DNA of 32,000 bases from Candidatus Methanophagaceae archaeon (lineage in GTDB: Archaea > Halobacteriota > Syntropharchaeia > Alkanophagales > Methanospirareceae), in NCBI GenBank assembly GCA_003194425.1, contig PQXB01000001.1:70444-102443 (forward strand). The letters run 5' to 3'. The position numbers and the translations under genes were made by a program. The notes beneath the pieces were generated by a model. The model was not told where the DNA came from. It saw nothing but the letters and a program-made list of their open reading frames with translations, and ran no database searches. Position 1 is the first letter of the stretch; each line of letters opens with the position of its first letter. Below are positions 16,144-24,788 of this stretch, in pieces.

Positions 16144-17019
16144 ATGCAGAGGAAGGGGAAGGGAAGAGGAAAGAATGAAAAAGAAAAGGACGAGATAATT
16201 TTCTTGGGAACGGCGGGTGCGAGGTTCGTGATGATAACGCAGTTCCGCTCTTCTGCGGGTGCTGTTCTCTGTTTGGGCGGCACAAACGTTCTTATCGACC
16301 CCGGTCCGGGCACGCTCGTGCGGTTTGCGAGCAGGAGCAAGCCGAGACTCAGACTCAAGCCCGCAAAGTTGCACGCGATTATTCTGACGCACAAACATTT
16401 GGACCATTCTAACGATGTGAATGTGATGATTGAGGCGATGACCGAGGGAGGTTTTAAGAGGCGGGGCGTGCTGCTGTGCCCGAACGACGCCTTGTCGGGG
16501 GAGGGCGACGCTGTTGTTTTGAACTACTACAAGGGGCTTTTGGAGCGGGTGGAAGTGATGAAAGAGGGCGGGAACTACTCGGTCGGCAGCCTCGAGGTGA
16601 GCACACCGAAAAGGCACGTGCACGGCGTTGAGACTTACGGACTGAACGTGAGGGTGCAGGGAGATGGAGAGGGCGAGGGCGAAGAGGAGGGCGAGGGTGA
16701 AGAGAGGACGAAAACGAAAATTTCTTTTATCGCGGACACGCTTTATTTTGAGGGTTTGGAGGATTTTTACGACGGGGAGGTGCTCGTGATGAATGTGGCA
16801 ATGTTCGAGCGGCGGGAGGGGGTGAACCATCTTTGCGTGGAGGATGCGAGGAAGATTGTAGAGGCGCGGAGACCGAGGGTTGCGATTCTTACGCATTTTG
16901 GGATGACGATGCTGAGAAACAAGCCTTGGGAGATTGCACGGCGGTTGAGCGAGGAGACGGGCGTGAAAGTAGTAGCGGCGAGAGACGGAATGAGATTCGG
17001 GTTGGGCGGTCGCGGTTAG
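16144..17019 (+). CDS. Metallo-beta-lactamase-fold hydrolase
   Basis: IIFLGTAG..., LIDPGPG and the HxHxDH motif (THKHLDHSND), with later His/Asp residues (HVHG, ILTHFG). It has the acidic insertion GDGEGEGEEEGEGEE. Its stop lies inside the TTAGG-like repeat. Confidence 0.75.
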   Translation: MQRKGKGRGKNEKEKDEIIFLGTAGARFVMITQFRSSAGAVLCLGGTNVLIDPGPGTLVRFASRSKPRLRLKPAKLHAIILTHKHLDHSNDVNVMIEAMTEGGFKRRGVLLCPNDALSGEGDAVVLNYYKGLLERVEVMKEGGNYSVGSLEVSTPKRHVHGVETYGLNVRVQGDGEGEGEEEGEGEERTKTKISFIADTLYFEGLEDFYDGEVLVMNVAMFERREGVNHLCVEDARKIVEARRPRVAILTHFGMTMLRNKPWEIARRLSEETGVKVVAARDGMRFGLGGRG

Positions 17020-17065
17020 GTAAGGTACGGTTAGGTTAAATTAGGTTAGGTTAAGTAAGGTTAAG
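17016..17065. repeat. Degenerate pentanucleotide array (TTAGG consensus, ~10 units) filling the convergent spacer
   Basis: ttagg taagg tacgg ttagg ttaaa ttagg ttagg ttaag taagg ttaag. It includes the TAG stop of the MBL gene (17017-17019) and the TAA stop of cofG (rc of 17061-17063). Confidence 0.85.
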
Positions 17066-18119
17066 GGGTTCTTAGCCTGAACCCTTCCTCGTCCGCGTAT
17101 TTCTCGACCAGCGGTCTTACCTCCTCGCTGAACCACCGCTGCTTGACAAATCTCGGGTGTAGCGGCAGCCGCTCCCTCAACTCAAACGGTGCAACCACCC
17201 GCCTCAACTCCTCCTCCCCCGGCCACGGCGACTCCGGATTTATGTAGTCCAGCGTCCTCTCCGAGATTCCGCCCAAGTCCGAGGCTCCGAGTTTTACCAG
17301 TTCCAGTAGTTCGCGTGGCGAGGTCAAATTCGGTGGGACTTGAATCGCAACCTCACCTGGCAAGACCTCGCTCGCTGCACGGACAACCTCCTTCAACTCC
17401 TCAAAACTCGGCGGTCTTTTTCTCTTTTTATTTTTATTCTCCCACATTTGTGTGCCTGGCTTGGGGACGAACGGCTGAATAATGACTTCTTGAATGTGCC
17501 CGTATTTCTGGTGCAGCGATTTTATCGCCTCTAAAGAGCGGACGCGGTCTTCTGGCGTCTCGCCGATGCCGACTAACAGCCCAGTAGTAAAAGGTATTTT
17601 CAGTCGTCCCGCCTCCTCGATCGTTTTCAACCGCAGCGCTGGGTCTTTTCCAGGCGAATTCCTGTGAGCCTCAAGCCCAACCTCTGTCTCCGTCTCTGCG
17701 GTGCCGGCGGGAGGAGCAGTGGTCTCGAGCATCAAACCCATCGAAGCATTCACCTCCCGCAACTCCTCCAACTCTTCTCTGCCCAGCACTCCCAAATTGC
17801 AGTGCGGAAGCAAGCCCTGTTTTATCGCGAGTTTGCAGAGCTCTTTCGTGTAGCCAACCAACGAGGACTGCCCCACCGACTCAATTTTTTTTTTGAACCA
17901 CCTCGAGAGATTTGAGTCTTCTGGTTTTTCGCCTGCCGTAAAAAGGGCTTCGGTCACTGCTCCTTTTGCTTTTACGACCGACAGAAACGCTTTTTTACTT
18001 GTTAGGTAAGCCTCCTCAACGCTGCGGGCACGGAAGACGCAGTAACCGCACGCGTTCCGGCAGACGTTCGTCACAGGAATAAAAATGTTCTTGGAGAAAG
18101 TTAGGCAGTGTTTTTTCAT
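17061..18119 (-). CDS. cofG: 7,8-didemethyl-8-hydroxy-5-deazariboflavin (FO) synthase subunit 1, radical SAM
   Basis: FSKNIFIPVTNVCRNACGYCVF carries the radical-SAM CxxxCxxC. Other CofG-like blocks are ALFTAGEKPE, LPHCNLG, GLLVGIGE and GHIQEVIIQPF. ATG at 18119; the track start at 18137 is a TTG. It lies 22 nt after the hisD stop. Confidence 0.85.
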   Translation of the reverse strand: MKKHCLTFSKNIFIPVTNVCRNACGYCVFRARSVEEAYLTSKKAFLSVVKAKGAVTEALFTAGEKPEDSNLSRWFKKKIESVGQSSLVGYTKELCKLAIKQGLLPHCNLGVLGREELEELREVNASMGLMLETTAPPAGTAETETEVGLEAHRNSPGKDPALRLKTIEEAGRLKIPFTTGLLVGIGETPEDRVRSLEAIKSLHQKYGHIQEVIIQPFVPKPGTQMWENKNKKRKRPPSFEELKEVVRAASEVLPGEVAIQVPPNLTSPRELLELVKLGASDLGGISERTLDYINPESPWPGEEELRRVVAPFELRERLPLHPRFVKQRWFSEEVRPLVEKYADEEGFRLRTP

Positions 18120-18141
18120 CCTTTTTTCAAATTTCAAATTT

Positions 18142-19503
18142 TCAAATCTGCGAGAACCTCCGCTCCACCGAGCGTGCGTGTTTTTCCATCCCTTCCGCCC
18201 TGCACAACCGCGCCACCACGTCCTTTAGTTTCTCCAACCCCGCCTTCTCCAACCACTGAACGGTCATTCGCCGCGTAAAATGCTCGACGCCGAGCCCTGA
18301 GAAGAGCCGTGCGTAGCCCGCGGTGGGAAGCACGTGGTTCGCGCCTGTTGCGTAGTCGCCCGCGGCGACAGGGGAGTAGTCGCCAACAAAGACAGACCCT
18401 GCATTTTTTATCCGCTTCAAGACCGCCACCGGCTCGCTCACCATTATTTCAAGGTGCTCGGGTGCGTACTCGTTCGCAAACGCCACGCACTCTTCTACGC
18501 TGTCCCCGATTAAAATCCAATTCTGTTCTTCTTGTCGCTCCGCTTCCGCTTTTACCGCCGCTTCCACCGCCGCCGCCAACTCTGCGGAGTCGGTAAGGAG
18601 AACTGCCTTTGACTTCGCTCCGTGCTCCGCCTGTGCGAGCATATCCGCGGCGACGAACGCGGGGTTCGCTGTCTCGTCCGCAATTATCAGAACCTCCGAC
18701 GGACCCGCAGGGAAGTCAATTTCCACGCCCTCCGCCCCCGCTTCGCCGGTCGCCTCACGAACCGCCATCTTCGCCGCGGTCACATAAACATTCCCAGGAC
18801 CCACAATTTTCTGCACCCTCGGAACAGTCTCGGTCCCAAACGCGAGAGCAGCAACCGCCTGCGCTCCGCCAGCTTTAAAAATCCTCGTCGCACCCGCGAG
18901 ATTCGCCGCAACCAAAGTCAGAGCGTCCACACTCCCGTCCTTTTTTGGCGGCGTGCACACCACTATTTCTCGCACGCCCGCAACCTTCGCAGGAATCACG
19001 CACATCAGAGCGGTGCTGAAATACGACGCCGGCACGTAAGCACCGACCACCTCCAGCGGCACGCACCTCTCGCCGATCCAAACACCAGACCCCGCTCCTC
19101 CCGCTCCTCCGCCAAATTCCTCCAGCCACGCCCCTCGCCGCTTCTGTCGGTAGTGGAAGTTTTTTATTGCCTCTGCAGCCTCTTTGACGCACCGCAGCGT
19201 CTCCCCGTCCACGCTACTCTCTGCCGCTGCAACCTCGTCCCGACTGACCTCAATTCCTTTCCCCCCCTCTCTCGCCCTCCCCCCATCTCTCGCCCTCTCT
19301 CTCCGCCCCGCTTTTTCCCCTGCTCTCTCCTCCAGCCTCACGCCGTCAAATCTCGCAGTGTAGTCCAGCAGTGCCTCGTCCCCCCGCTCCCGCACCCCTG
19401 CGATTATTTCTCGCACAACCGGCGTAACCGCCGTGAGGTCAAGCCTTCTCTCGAAACTTCTCTCGAAAAAATCCTTGCTTTTCTCTCTCAACTTTTTTAT
19501 CAT
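18142..19503 (-). CDS. hisD: Histidinol dehydrogenase
   Basis: Motifs YTARFDGV, GAYVPAS, KAGGAQAVAALAFGTE, IVGPGNVYVTAAK, AGPSEVLIIAD, AQAEHG, NEYAPEHLEI and GDYATGANHVLPT. It has the R/E/G-rich insertion ERAGEKAGRRERARDGGRAREGGKG (about 19240-19320). Confidence 0.9.
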   Translation of the reverse strand: MIKKLREKSKDFFERSFERRLDLTAVTPVVREIIAGVRERGDEALLDYTARFDGVRLEERAGEKAGRRERARDGGRAREGGKGIEVSRDEVAAAESSVDGETLRCVKEAAEAIKNFHYRQKRRGAWLEEFGGGAGGAGSGVWIGERCVPLEVVGAYVPASYFSTALMCVIPAKVAGVREIVVCTPPKKDGSVDALTLVAANLAGATRIFKAGGAQAVAALAFGTETVPRVQKIVGPGNVYVTAAKMAVREATGEAGAEGVEIDFPAGPSEVLIIADETANPAFVAADMLAQAEHGAKSKAVLLTDSAELAAAVEAAVKAEAERQEEQNWILIGDSVEECVAFANEYAPEHLEIMVSEPVAVLKRIKNAGSVFVGDYSPVAAGDYATGANHVLPTAGYARLFSGLGVEHFTRRMTVQWLEKAGLEKLKDVVARLCRAEGMEKHARSVERRFSQI

Positions 19504-19577
19504 TTTTTAATATAAAACGCCCTCCTTTTTTCTTTACTCACTCCAAGAAATAAAAAATAAAAAGAGGAGGACAAAAA

Positions 19578-20213
19578 ATGGGAAAGGAAGCGGGCATTGA
19601 GATTCGCATTCCGATACCTGACGGTGTGACTGTCAGCGTAAACGGGAGACGCGTGAAGACTGAAGGACCGAAGGGTGAAATAGAGCGGGAATTGTGGCAC
19701 CCCGGAGTGCAGATTCAAGTAGAAGAGAAGCAGACAGAAGAGAAGCAGACAGAAGAGAAGCGAGAACAGCGAGAGAACGGCAGCGACAGTACCGGCAGCA
19801 GCGAAATTGTTATAAAAACTGACTTAGGAAGGAAGAAGAAAAAGGCGATGGCTGGAACCTACGCGTCGCATCTCAAGAATATGCTCGTGAGCGTGCAGGA
19901 AGGTTTCATTTACAAATTGAAGGCTGTGCACGCTCATTTTCCGATGCAAATAACGCTAACAAAAGAGGGTAACGCCGTCTCGGTCGCAAATTTCCTGGGC
20001 GAAAGAAAGCCGAGAATAGCGAAGATCGGGGCGGGGGTGAAAGTAGAAATAAAGGGCAAAGGTGAAGAAATTGTGGTCTCGGGGCTGAATAAAGAGGAGG
20101 TAGGGCAGACCGCTGCAAATATCGAGCAAGCAACGAGGATAAAAGGCTACGACTCCAGAGTCTTTCAGGACGGCGTCTATTTGGTGGAGAAAAGTTCTGG
20201 TGCAGGCGTATAA
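19578..20213 (+). CDS. rpl6: 50S ribosomal protein L6 (uL6) with a low-complexity insertion
   Basis: IPDGVTVSVNGRRVKTEGPKGEIEREL..., KKAMAGTYASHLKNM, GFIYKLKAVHAHFP, ANFLGERKPR and GYDSRVFQDGVY. GAGGAGG precedes the ATG. The insertion KQTEEKQTEEKREQRENGSDSTGSSE comes from a 15-bp repeat at 19721-19762. Confidence 0.9.
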   Translation: MGKEAGIEIRIPIPDGVTVSVNGRRVKTEGPKGEIERELWHPGVQIQVEEKQTEEKQTEEKREQRENGSDSTGSSEIVIKTDLGRKKKKAMAGTYASHLKNMLVSVQEGFIYKLKAVHAHFPMQITLTKEGNAVSVANFLGERKPRIAKIGAGVKVEIKGKGEEIVVSGLNKEEVGQTAANIEQATRIKGYDSRVFQDGVYLVEKSSGAGV

Positions 20214-20421
20214 AATGAAATGCCTCACAAAAGAATAAGATGGTGGAGAAAAGAGGCAAAAAAGAATAATTTGGAAGGGGCTGGAGGTCTTAACCACCCT
20301 AGCGATGGTAGCAAGCAGCGCAACGGTCTTGTACTGCGGGAGCGGAACGGAAGGGGGAGAAGGGAGAAAAGGGGGAGAAAGGGGAGACGAAGGCGGAGGT
20401 GGTGGCGGTTTTGTCTCGCTA

Positions 20422-23400
20422 ATGGCAACTCCGACTGCAACCTACTACGATACATTAACAGACGGGCTGAAGAAGGAACTGCAAATAGCGAATGCAGCGA
20501 GGAGAAAGGGTCTTGACCCCTCACTTCAGTCGGAAATCAGCATAACGAGAGACCTCGCAGAGCGGGTGGAAGCACTCGTTGGAATAAAAGGTGTGGGTGC
20601 GAGGATTCGCGAATTAGAGCGGGCAGGGGGGAGCAGAGAGGAAATTGCGTTGAAAATCGGACACGACTTTGTGGACGGTAAATTCGGGCGGGGCAAGAAG
20701 AAGGTAGAGGTCGTAGAGAACGCGGTCAGAACCGCAGTCGCGATTCTCACTGAGGGTGTGGTTGCGGCGCCGTTAGACGGAATTTCGCGGGTCGAGGCGG
20801 GTAGAAATGACGACTCGAGCGAGTTCGTGAAAGTATTTTACTCGGGTCCGATAAGAAGCGCGGGCGGGACTGCACAGGCTCTCTCGGTCTTGGTCGCGGA
20901 CTACGTGCGGCGGCAGGTGGGCTTTGCGGCGTACTCGCCGCGGGAAGAAGAAGTAGGGCGGTACGTTCTTGAGGTCTCGGCGTACGCGCAGACGAGTGGC
21001 TTGCAGTACACGCCGACTGACGAGGAGGTGCGGGAGATTGTGCGGAACTGCCCGATTTGCATCGACGGCGACCCGACCGAGGAGCGGGAAGTGGGCGGCT
21101 ACAAAGACCTCGAGCGAGTTGCGACGAACAGAATTCGGGGTGGAATGGTGCTGGTTCTCACGGAGGGGCTGGCGATGAAGGCGCCAAAAATAAAACGGCA
21201 CGTTGACAAACTCGGGATCGAAGGCTGGGGCTGGGTGGCGGGGCTGGTGAAAGCGAAGGTAGAGAAGGGAGAGCGGGATTTCTTGGCGGACTTGATCGCG
21301 GGGCGCCCCGTCTTTGGCAGCCCGTCAAGGAAGGGCGGGTTCAGGCTCCGCTACGGGCGTGCTCGCAACACCGGGCTCGAGACGGTTGGAATAAACCCTG
21401 CTACGATGAATTTGCTTGAATTCACCGCGGCGGGAACGCAGATAAAACCGGAACTGCCTGGCAAGGCGGGCTGCGTCGTTCCTGTCGATTCTGTGGAAGG
21501 ACCGACGGTGAAACTGAAAAATGGTTCTGTAGTTCGGCTAAATCAAAATGCTACTTCGCCACAAACTGCAGAAATAGTGGAGATTCTGGATCTGGGCGAG
21601 ATTCTCGTTGATTTCGGCGATTTCCTGGAGACCGGGCACCGCTTACTGCCGGGTGCTTACTCGCACGAGTGGTGGCTGAAGGAGTTGGAGGCAGTAGCAG
21701 GGACTGGGCGAGAGCCGGAGAAGTGGCGGCACAAAACTCCGAGCCAGGCGGAGGCGATAAAAATCGCTGCTCGCTTTGGCGTGCCGCTGCACCCTGCCTA
21801 CACTTACTTGTGGGAAGATGTGAGCGAGGAGGACAGGGAATTTTTGGCAGACTGGGTCTGCAAGAACGGGTCTTTAGAAGAGGACGAGGAGACGCTGTTT
21901 CTTCCAAACGACGACCGCGGACGAGTAAAGGTAATTCTGGAAAATTTACTCGTCTTGCACAACTTTTTTTCTAAAGAGAAATCCTTGACTAAAAGAGAAA
22001 AGATTTCAGTAGAAGAGCCGGCTGCTTTGCTGCGGTGTTTAGGAGTGGAGGTAAACGAAAATGAAGAGTTGAGACGGGACGCGTCGGTAAAAATAAAGAC
22101 GAGACCGAGAGCGCCGACGAGAATCGGAATGCGAATGGGCAGACCCGAGAAGTCGAAGGAGCGGAAGATGAAACCTGCACCGCACTCAATTTTCCCGCTC
22201 GGCGAGCACGGCGGCAAGAGCAGGTCGCTGCGGGCGGCTTTGAAGACGGGGGGGGTTGAAGTAGAAATCCAAACACAAACCTCGGGAGGGACAAACAAAA
22301 AAAACAAAAAGAGCGTTGTTTTGCGGGCGTACTACCACGAGACGCTAAAAAAGCTGGGCGTGCCTCCGAACACAGACAAGCAGGATGTAAAATGCGTGCG
22401 AGGTCTAATTTCAAAGCAGAAAGTGGCGGAGGAGTTGGGAAAGGGGATTTTGAGGGCAAAGCACGGCGTCTTCGTCTTCAAGGACGGCACAATTCGCTAC
22501 GACTTCACGAACCTCCCTCTAACGCATTTCAAACCCGCAGAGGTCGGGTTGAGCGTCCAAAGAGCGAGGGAACTGGGCTACTTGCGGGACAAAAACGGCG
22601 AGGAACTGACGAGCGGGACGCAAATCCTCGAACTCAAGCAGCAGGATGTCGTTATTTCGGCTAACGCGGTTGCGTACCTGCTGAAAGTCTCAAATTTCTT
22701 GGACGACCTGCTACAGCGGTTCTACGGCTTGCCCGCCTACTACAAGGCTTCTCGCAAGGACGACCTCGTCGGACAACTCGTGCTCGGACTCGCACCCCAC
22801 ACCTCTGCTGCGATTTTAGGCAGAATAATCGGTTTCACCCGCGCTTCCGCCTGCTACGCTCACCCTTTTTTTCACGCCGCAAAAAGGAGGAACGCGGATG
22901 GCGACGAGGATTCAATTCTGCTTCTGCTGGACGCACTCCTCAACTTCTCGCAGTCCTTTTTACCTGAGAAAATCGGCGGCAGAATGGACGCCCCTCTCGT
23001 CCTCATCCCGTTCATCAACCCCAAAGAAGTGGACAAGGAGGCACACAACGTCTCCGTAGCGAGTGAGTACCCGCTGGAGTTCTACGAAGCCGCCTGCGCG
23101 GGTAAGAGTCCAAAAGAGGTGGTGGCAGAAGTAGAGACCGCAGCGAGCAGAATTGAGGGCGCGGAGGCGAACGGAGAGCCGACGACGCGGGACGTTTACG
23201 GCTTCGGTTACACGCACGAGACCACAGACATCGCCGCAGGACCTTTGAATTCGCTCTACAAGACGCTGGGCACGATGGTCGAGAAGTTGGAGGCGCAGCT
23301 AAGGCTGGCGAGAATGCTGCGGTCGGTGGACGAGCGCGAGGTCGCAGAGACGGTCATAAAAAACCACTTCCTCCGCGACATTAAAGGCAACCTCCGCGCC

Positions 23401-23682
23401 TTCGGCTCGCAGAAGACGAGGTGTAGTAAGTGCAACGCAAAATACAGGCGAATTCCACTGACCGGGAAGTGCGAGAGGTGCGGCAGTAAAATCGTCCCCA
23501 CTGTGCACGTGGCGAGCATAAAAAAATATCTCGCCGTCTCGCTGCGGGTAGCCGAAGAGTACCACCTCTCAAATTACACGCAGCAGCGGCTGGAACTGCT
23601 GGAGAAGGATGTGAACTCACTCTTTCCAACAGCAGCGGCGGTGGAGAAGCAGAAGCAGAGGCCGTTATCGGATTTTATGTAG
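20422..23682 (+). CDS. polC: DNA polymerase II (PolD) large subunit DP2
   Basis: Motifs YYDTL..ELQIANAARRKGLDPS, ILTEGVVAAPLDGI, YSGPIRSAGGTAQALSVLVADYVRR, GLAPHTSAAILGRIIGF, HPFFHAAKRRNADGDEDS and LLDALLNFS. C-terminal zinc ribbon CSKCNAKYRRIPLTGKCERCGSK. I place the start at ATG 20422. The 39 codons upstream to 20305 are a G/E/R-rich tract of uncertain coding status. No intein is present. Confidence 0.9.
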   Translation: MATPTATYYDTLTDGLKKELQIANAARRKGLDPSLQSEISITRDLAERVEALVGIKGVGARIRELERAGGSREEIALKIGHDFVDGKFGRGKKKVEVVENAVRTAVAILTEGVVAAPLDGISRVEAGRNDDSSEFVKVFYSGPIRSAGGTAQALSVLVADYVRRQVGFAAYSPREEEVGRYVLEVSAYAQTSGLQYTPTDEEVREIVRNCPICIDGDPTEEREVGGYKDLERVATNRIRGGMVLVLTEGLAMKAPKIKRHVDKLGIEGWGWVAGLVKAKVEKGERDFLADLIAGRPVFGSPSRKGGFRLRYGRARNTGLETVGINPATMNLLEFTAAGTQIKPELPGKAGCVVPVDSVEGPTVKLKNGSVVRLNQNATSPQTAEIVEILDLGEILVDFGDFLETGHRLLPGAYSHEWWLKELEAVAGTGREPEKWRHKTPSQAEAIKIAARFGVPLHPAYTYLWEDVSEEDREFLADWVCKNGSLEEDEETLFLPNDDRGRVKVILENLLVLHNFFSKEKSLTKREKISVEEPAALLRCLGVEVNENEELRRDASVKIKTRPRAPTRIGMRMGRPEKSKERKMKPAPHSIFPLGEHGGKSRSLRAALKTGGVEVEIQTQTSGGTNKKNKKSVVLRAYYHETLKKLGVPPNTDKQDVKCVRGLISKQKVAEELGKGILRAKHGVFVFKDGTIRYDFTNLPLTHFKPAEVGLSVQRARELGYLRDKNGEELTSGTQILELKQQDVVISANAVAYLLKVSNFLDDLLQRFYGLPAYYKASRKDDLVGQLVLGLAPHTSAAILGRIIGFTRASACYAHPFFHAAKRRNADGDEDSILLLLDALLNFSQSFLPEKIGGRMDAPLVLIPFINPKEVDKEAHNVSVASEYPLEFYEAACAGKSPKEVVAEVETAASRIEGAEANGEPTTRDVYGFGYTHETTDIAAGPLNSLYKTLGTMVEKLEAQLRLARMLRSVDEREVAETVIKNHFLRDIKGNLRAFGSQKTRCSKCNAKYRRIPLTGKCERCGSKIVPTVHVASIKKYLAVSLRVAEEYHLSNYTQQRLELLEKDVNSLFPTAAAVEKQKQRPLSDFM

Positions 23683-23708
23683 CACGACTTTCTAAATTTG
23701 GTGTTCTG

Positions 23709-24350
23709 ATGAAAGCCCTAATAAGCGTCTTCAAGAAAGAGAAAGTAGTAGAGTTCGCAGCAGCACTAAAGAGGCTCGGAGTAGAGGTAGTTGCGACAGA
23801 GGGGACAGCGAGGGTGCTCTCGGAAAACGGAGTCGCAGTGACAAAAGTCTCGGAGTTCACGGGGTTTCAAGAACTGCTCGGTCTCGGTGCAGGAGGTGGT
23901 GCAGGAGGAGGAGTTGGAGGTGGTGCAAGAGGCAGTGCAGGAGGGAGTGGCAAGGTAAAGACGCTGCACCCACGAATTCACGCTGCGATCGCGACTGCAG
24001 AGATCGGAATCGTCGCAGTGAACCTTTTACCTTTAGAATTTTCGGGTGAGGGTGTAGAGCGTGAGGGTGTAGAGCGTGAGGGTGTAGAGCCTTTGGAGGG
24101 AATGGACATTGGCGGTGTTGCCTTGCTCCGCTCTGGGATAAAGAACTTTGAGGAGGTTGCGGTCGTCGTGAATCCGGCGAGGTACGACGCGGTGGTTGAG
24201 GAGCTTGCAGCGGCAGAGGAGGGGAGGTTGTCGCGTGCCACAAAATTGGAGTTGGCAAGGGAGGCGTCAAAATATTTGTTGGCTTACGGGGCAGAAATTG
24301 ACAAAATATTAAGAAGAGAAAAGAAAGACAAGTACAGAGAAGAAAAATGA
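23709..24350 (+). CDS. Stand-alone IMP cyclohydrolase-like (PurH N-terminal, MGS-like) domain protein
   Basis: ALISVFKKEKVVEFAAAL..GVEVVATEGTA, GKVKTLHPRIHAAI, VAVNLLPL and MDIGGVALLRS resemble the PurH IMPCH domain. No AICAR transformylase domain is present. It carries two insertions, a Gly/Ala-rich one and GVERE x3. Confidence 0.7.
   Translation: MKALISVFKKEKVVEFAAALKRLGVEVVATEGTARVLSENGVAVTKVSEFTGFQELLGLGAGGGAGGGVGGGARGSAGGSGKVKTLHPRIHAAIATAEIGIVAVNLLPLEFSGEGVEREGVEREGVEPLEGMDIGGVALLRSGIKNFEEVAVVVNPARYDAVVEELAAAEEGRLSRATKLELAREASKYLLAYGAEIDKILRREKKDKYREEK
24046..24090 (+). repeat. Perfect 15-bp tandem repeat x3 inside the IMPCH-like gene
   Basis: gtgagggtgtagagc at 24046-24060, 24061-24075 and 24076-24090, all identical. 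It encodes (E)GVEREGVEREGVE. Confidence 0.95.
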
Positions 24351-24751
24351 AAATATGCATTCCGACGATGGGGGAGAGAGGATTGGACGAGTTGGTGAGC
24401 GAGCATTTTGGGCGGGCGCCGACATTTACGGTCGTAGACTTAGAAGGGTTAGAGGGAAAAGAGTTAGAGGGCAGTGCCGTAGCGAGCGAGGCGGTAAAAG
24501 TGGTGCCAAACACGAGCGAGCACTTCGGCGGCGTCGGTCACGCACCTGAAATCATTTCAGGGGAGGGCGTGGAAGTGATGCTCTGCGGCGGCTTGGGACC
24601 GCGTGCAATTCAAATGTTCGAGCAGTTTGGCGTTGAGGTCTTTGTCGGTCTCTCGGGGGCAGAGACGGTGAGGGACGCGATCCGGGCTTTCCAGGCGGGC
24701 GCGCTGCACGAAGCCACCGACGCAGACGCTTGCAGAGAGCACAGGCACTGA
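24347..24751 (+). CDS. NifX/NifB-C-terminal-like (dinitrogenase FeMo-cofactor-binding family) protein
   Basis: KICIPT...VSEHFGRAPTFTVVD....EVMLCGGLGPRAIQMFEQFGVEVF is typical of the Nitro_FeMo-Co fold family. The ATG overlaps the upstream stop (ATGA at 24347-24350). Confidence 0.7.
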   Translation: MKICIPTMGERGLDELVSEHFGRAPTFTVVDLEGLEGKELEGSAVASEAVKVVPNTSEHFGGVGHAPEIISGEGVEVMLCGGLGPRAIQMFEQFGVEVFVGLSGAETVRDAIRAFQAGALHEATDADACREHRH

Positions 24752-24788
24752 AGAAAAAGAAGCAGAGGAAGAGAAAGGAACAGAAAGG

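Noticed and set aside
15832-16896. 354-aa ORF on the minus strand
   Set aside because: It is antisense to the MBL-fold gene, which has a clear HxHxDH motif. The translation is Arg/Pro/His/Leu-rich with no recognisable motif. This is a typical shadow ORF in GC-rich DNA.
17016-17065. TTAGG units resembling eukaryotic (insect-type) telomere repeats
   Set aside because: The tract is short, degenerate and internal, and lies between two convergent archaeal genes. It fits the window-wide simple-repeat phenomenon rather than a telomere or contamination.
18622-19515. 297-aa ORF on the plus strand
   Set aside because: It is antisense to hisD, which has many diagnostic motifs. The translation is Arg/Pro/Ser-rich low-complexity sequence.
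20422-23682. Intein or selenocysteine/recoding in PolD DP2 or hdrA
   Set aside because: Both ORFs are continuous, with conserved blocks in the expected order and spacing. There are no intein splice motifs. The hdrA site that is Sec in some methanogens is Cys here (CSACILTPKM).
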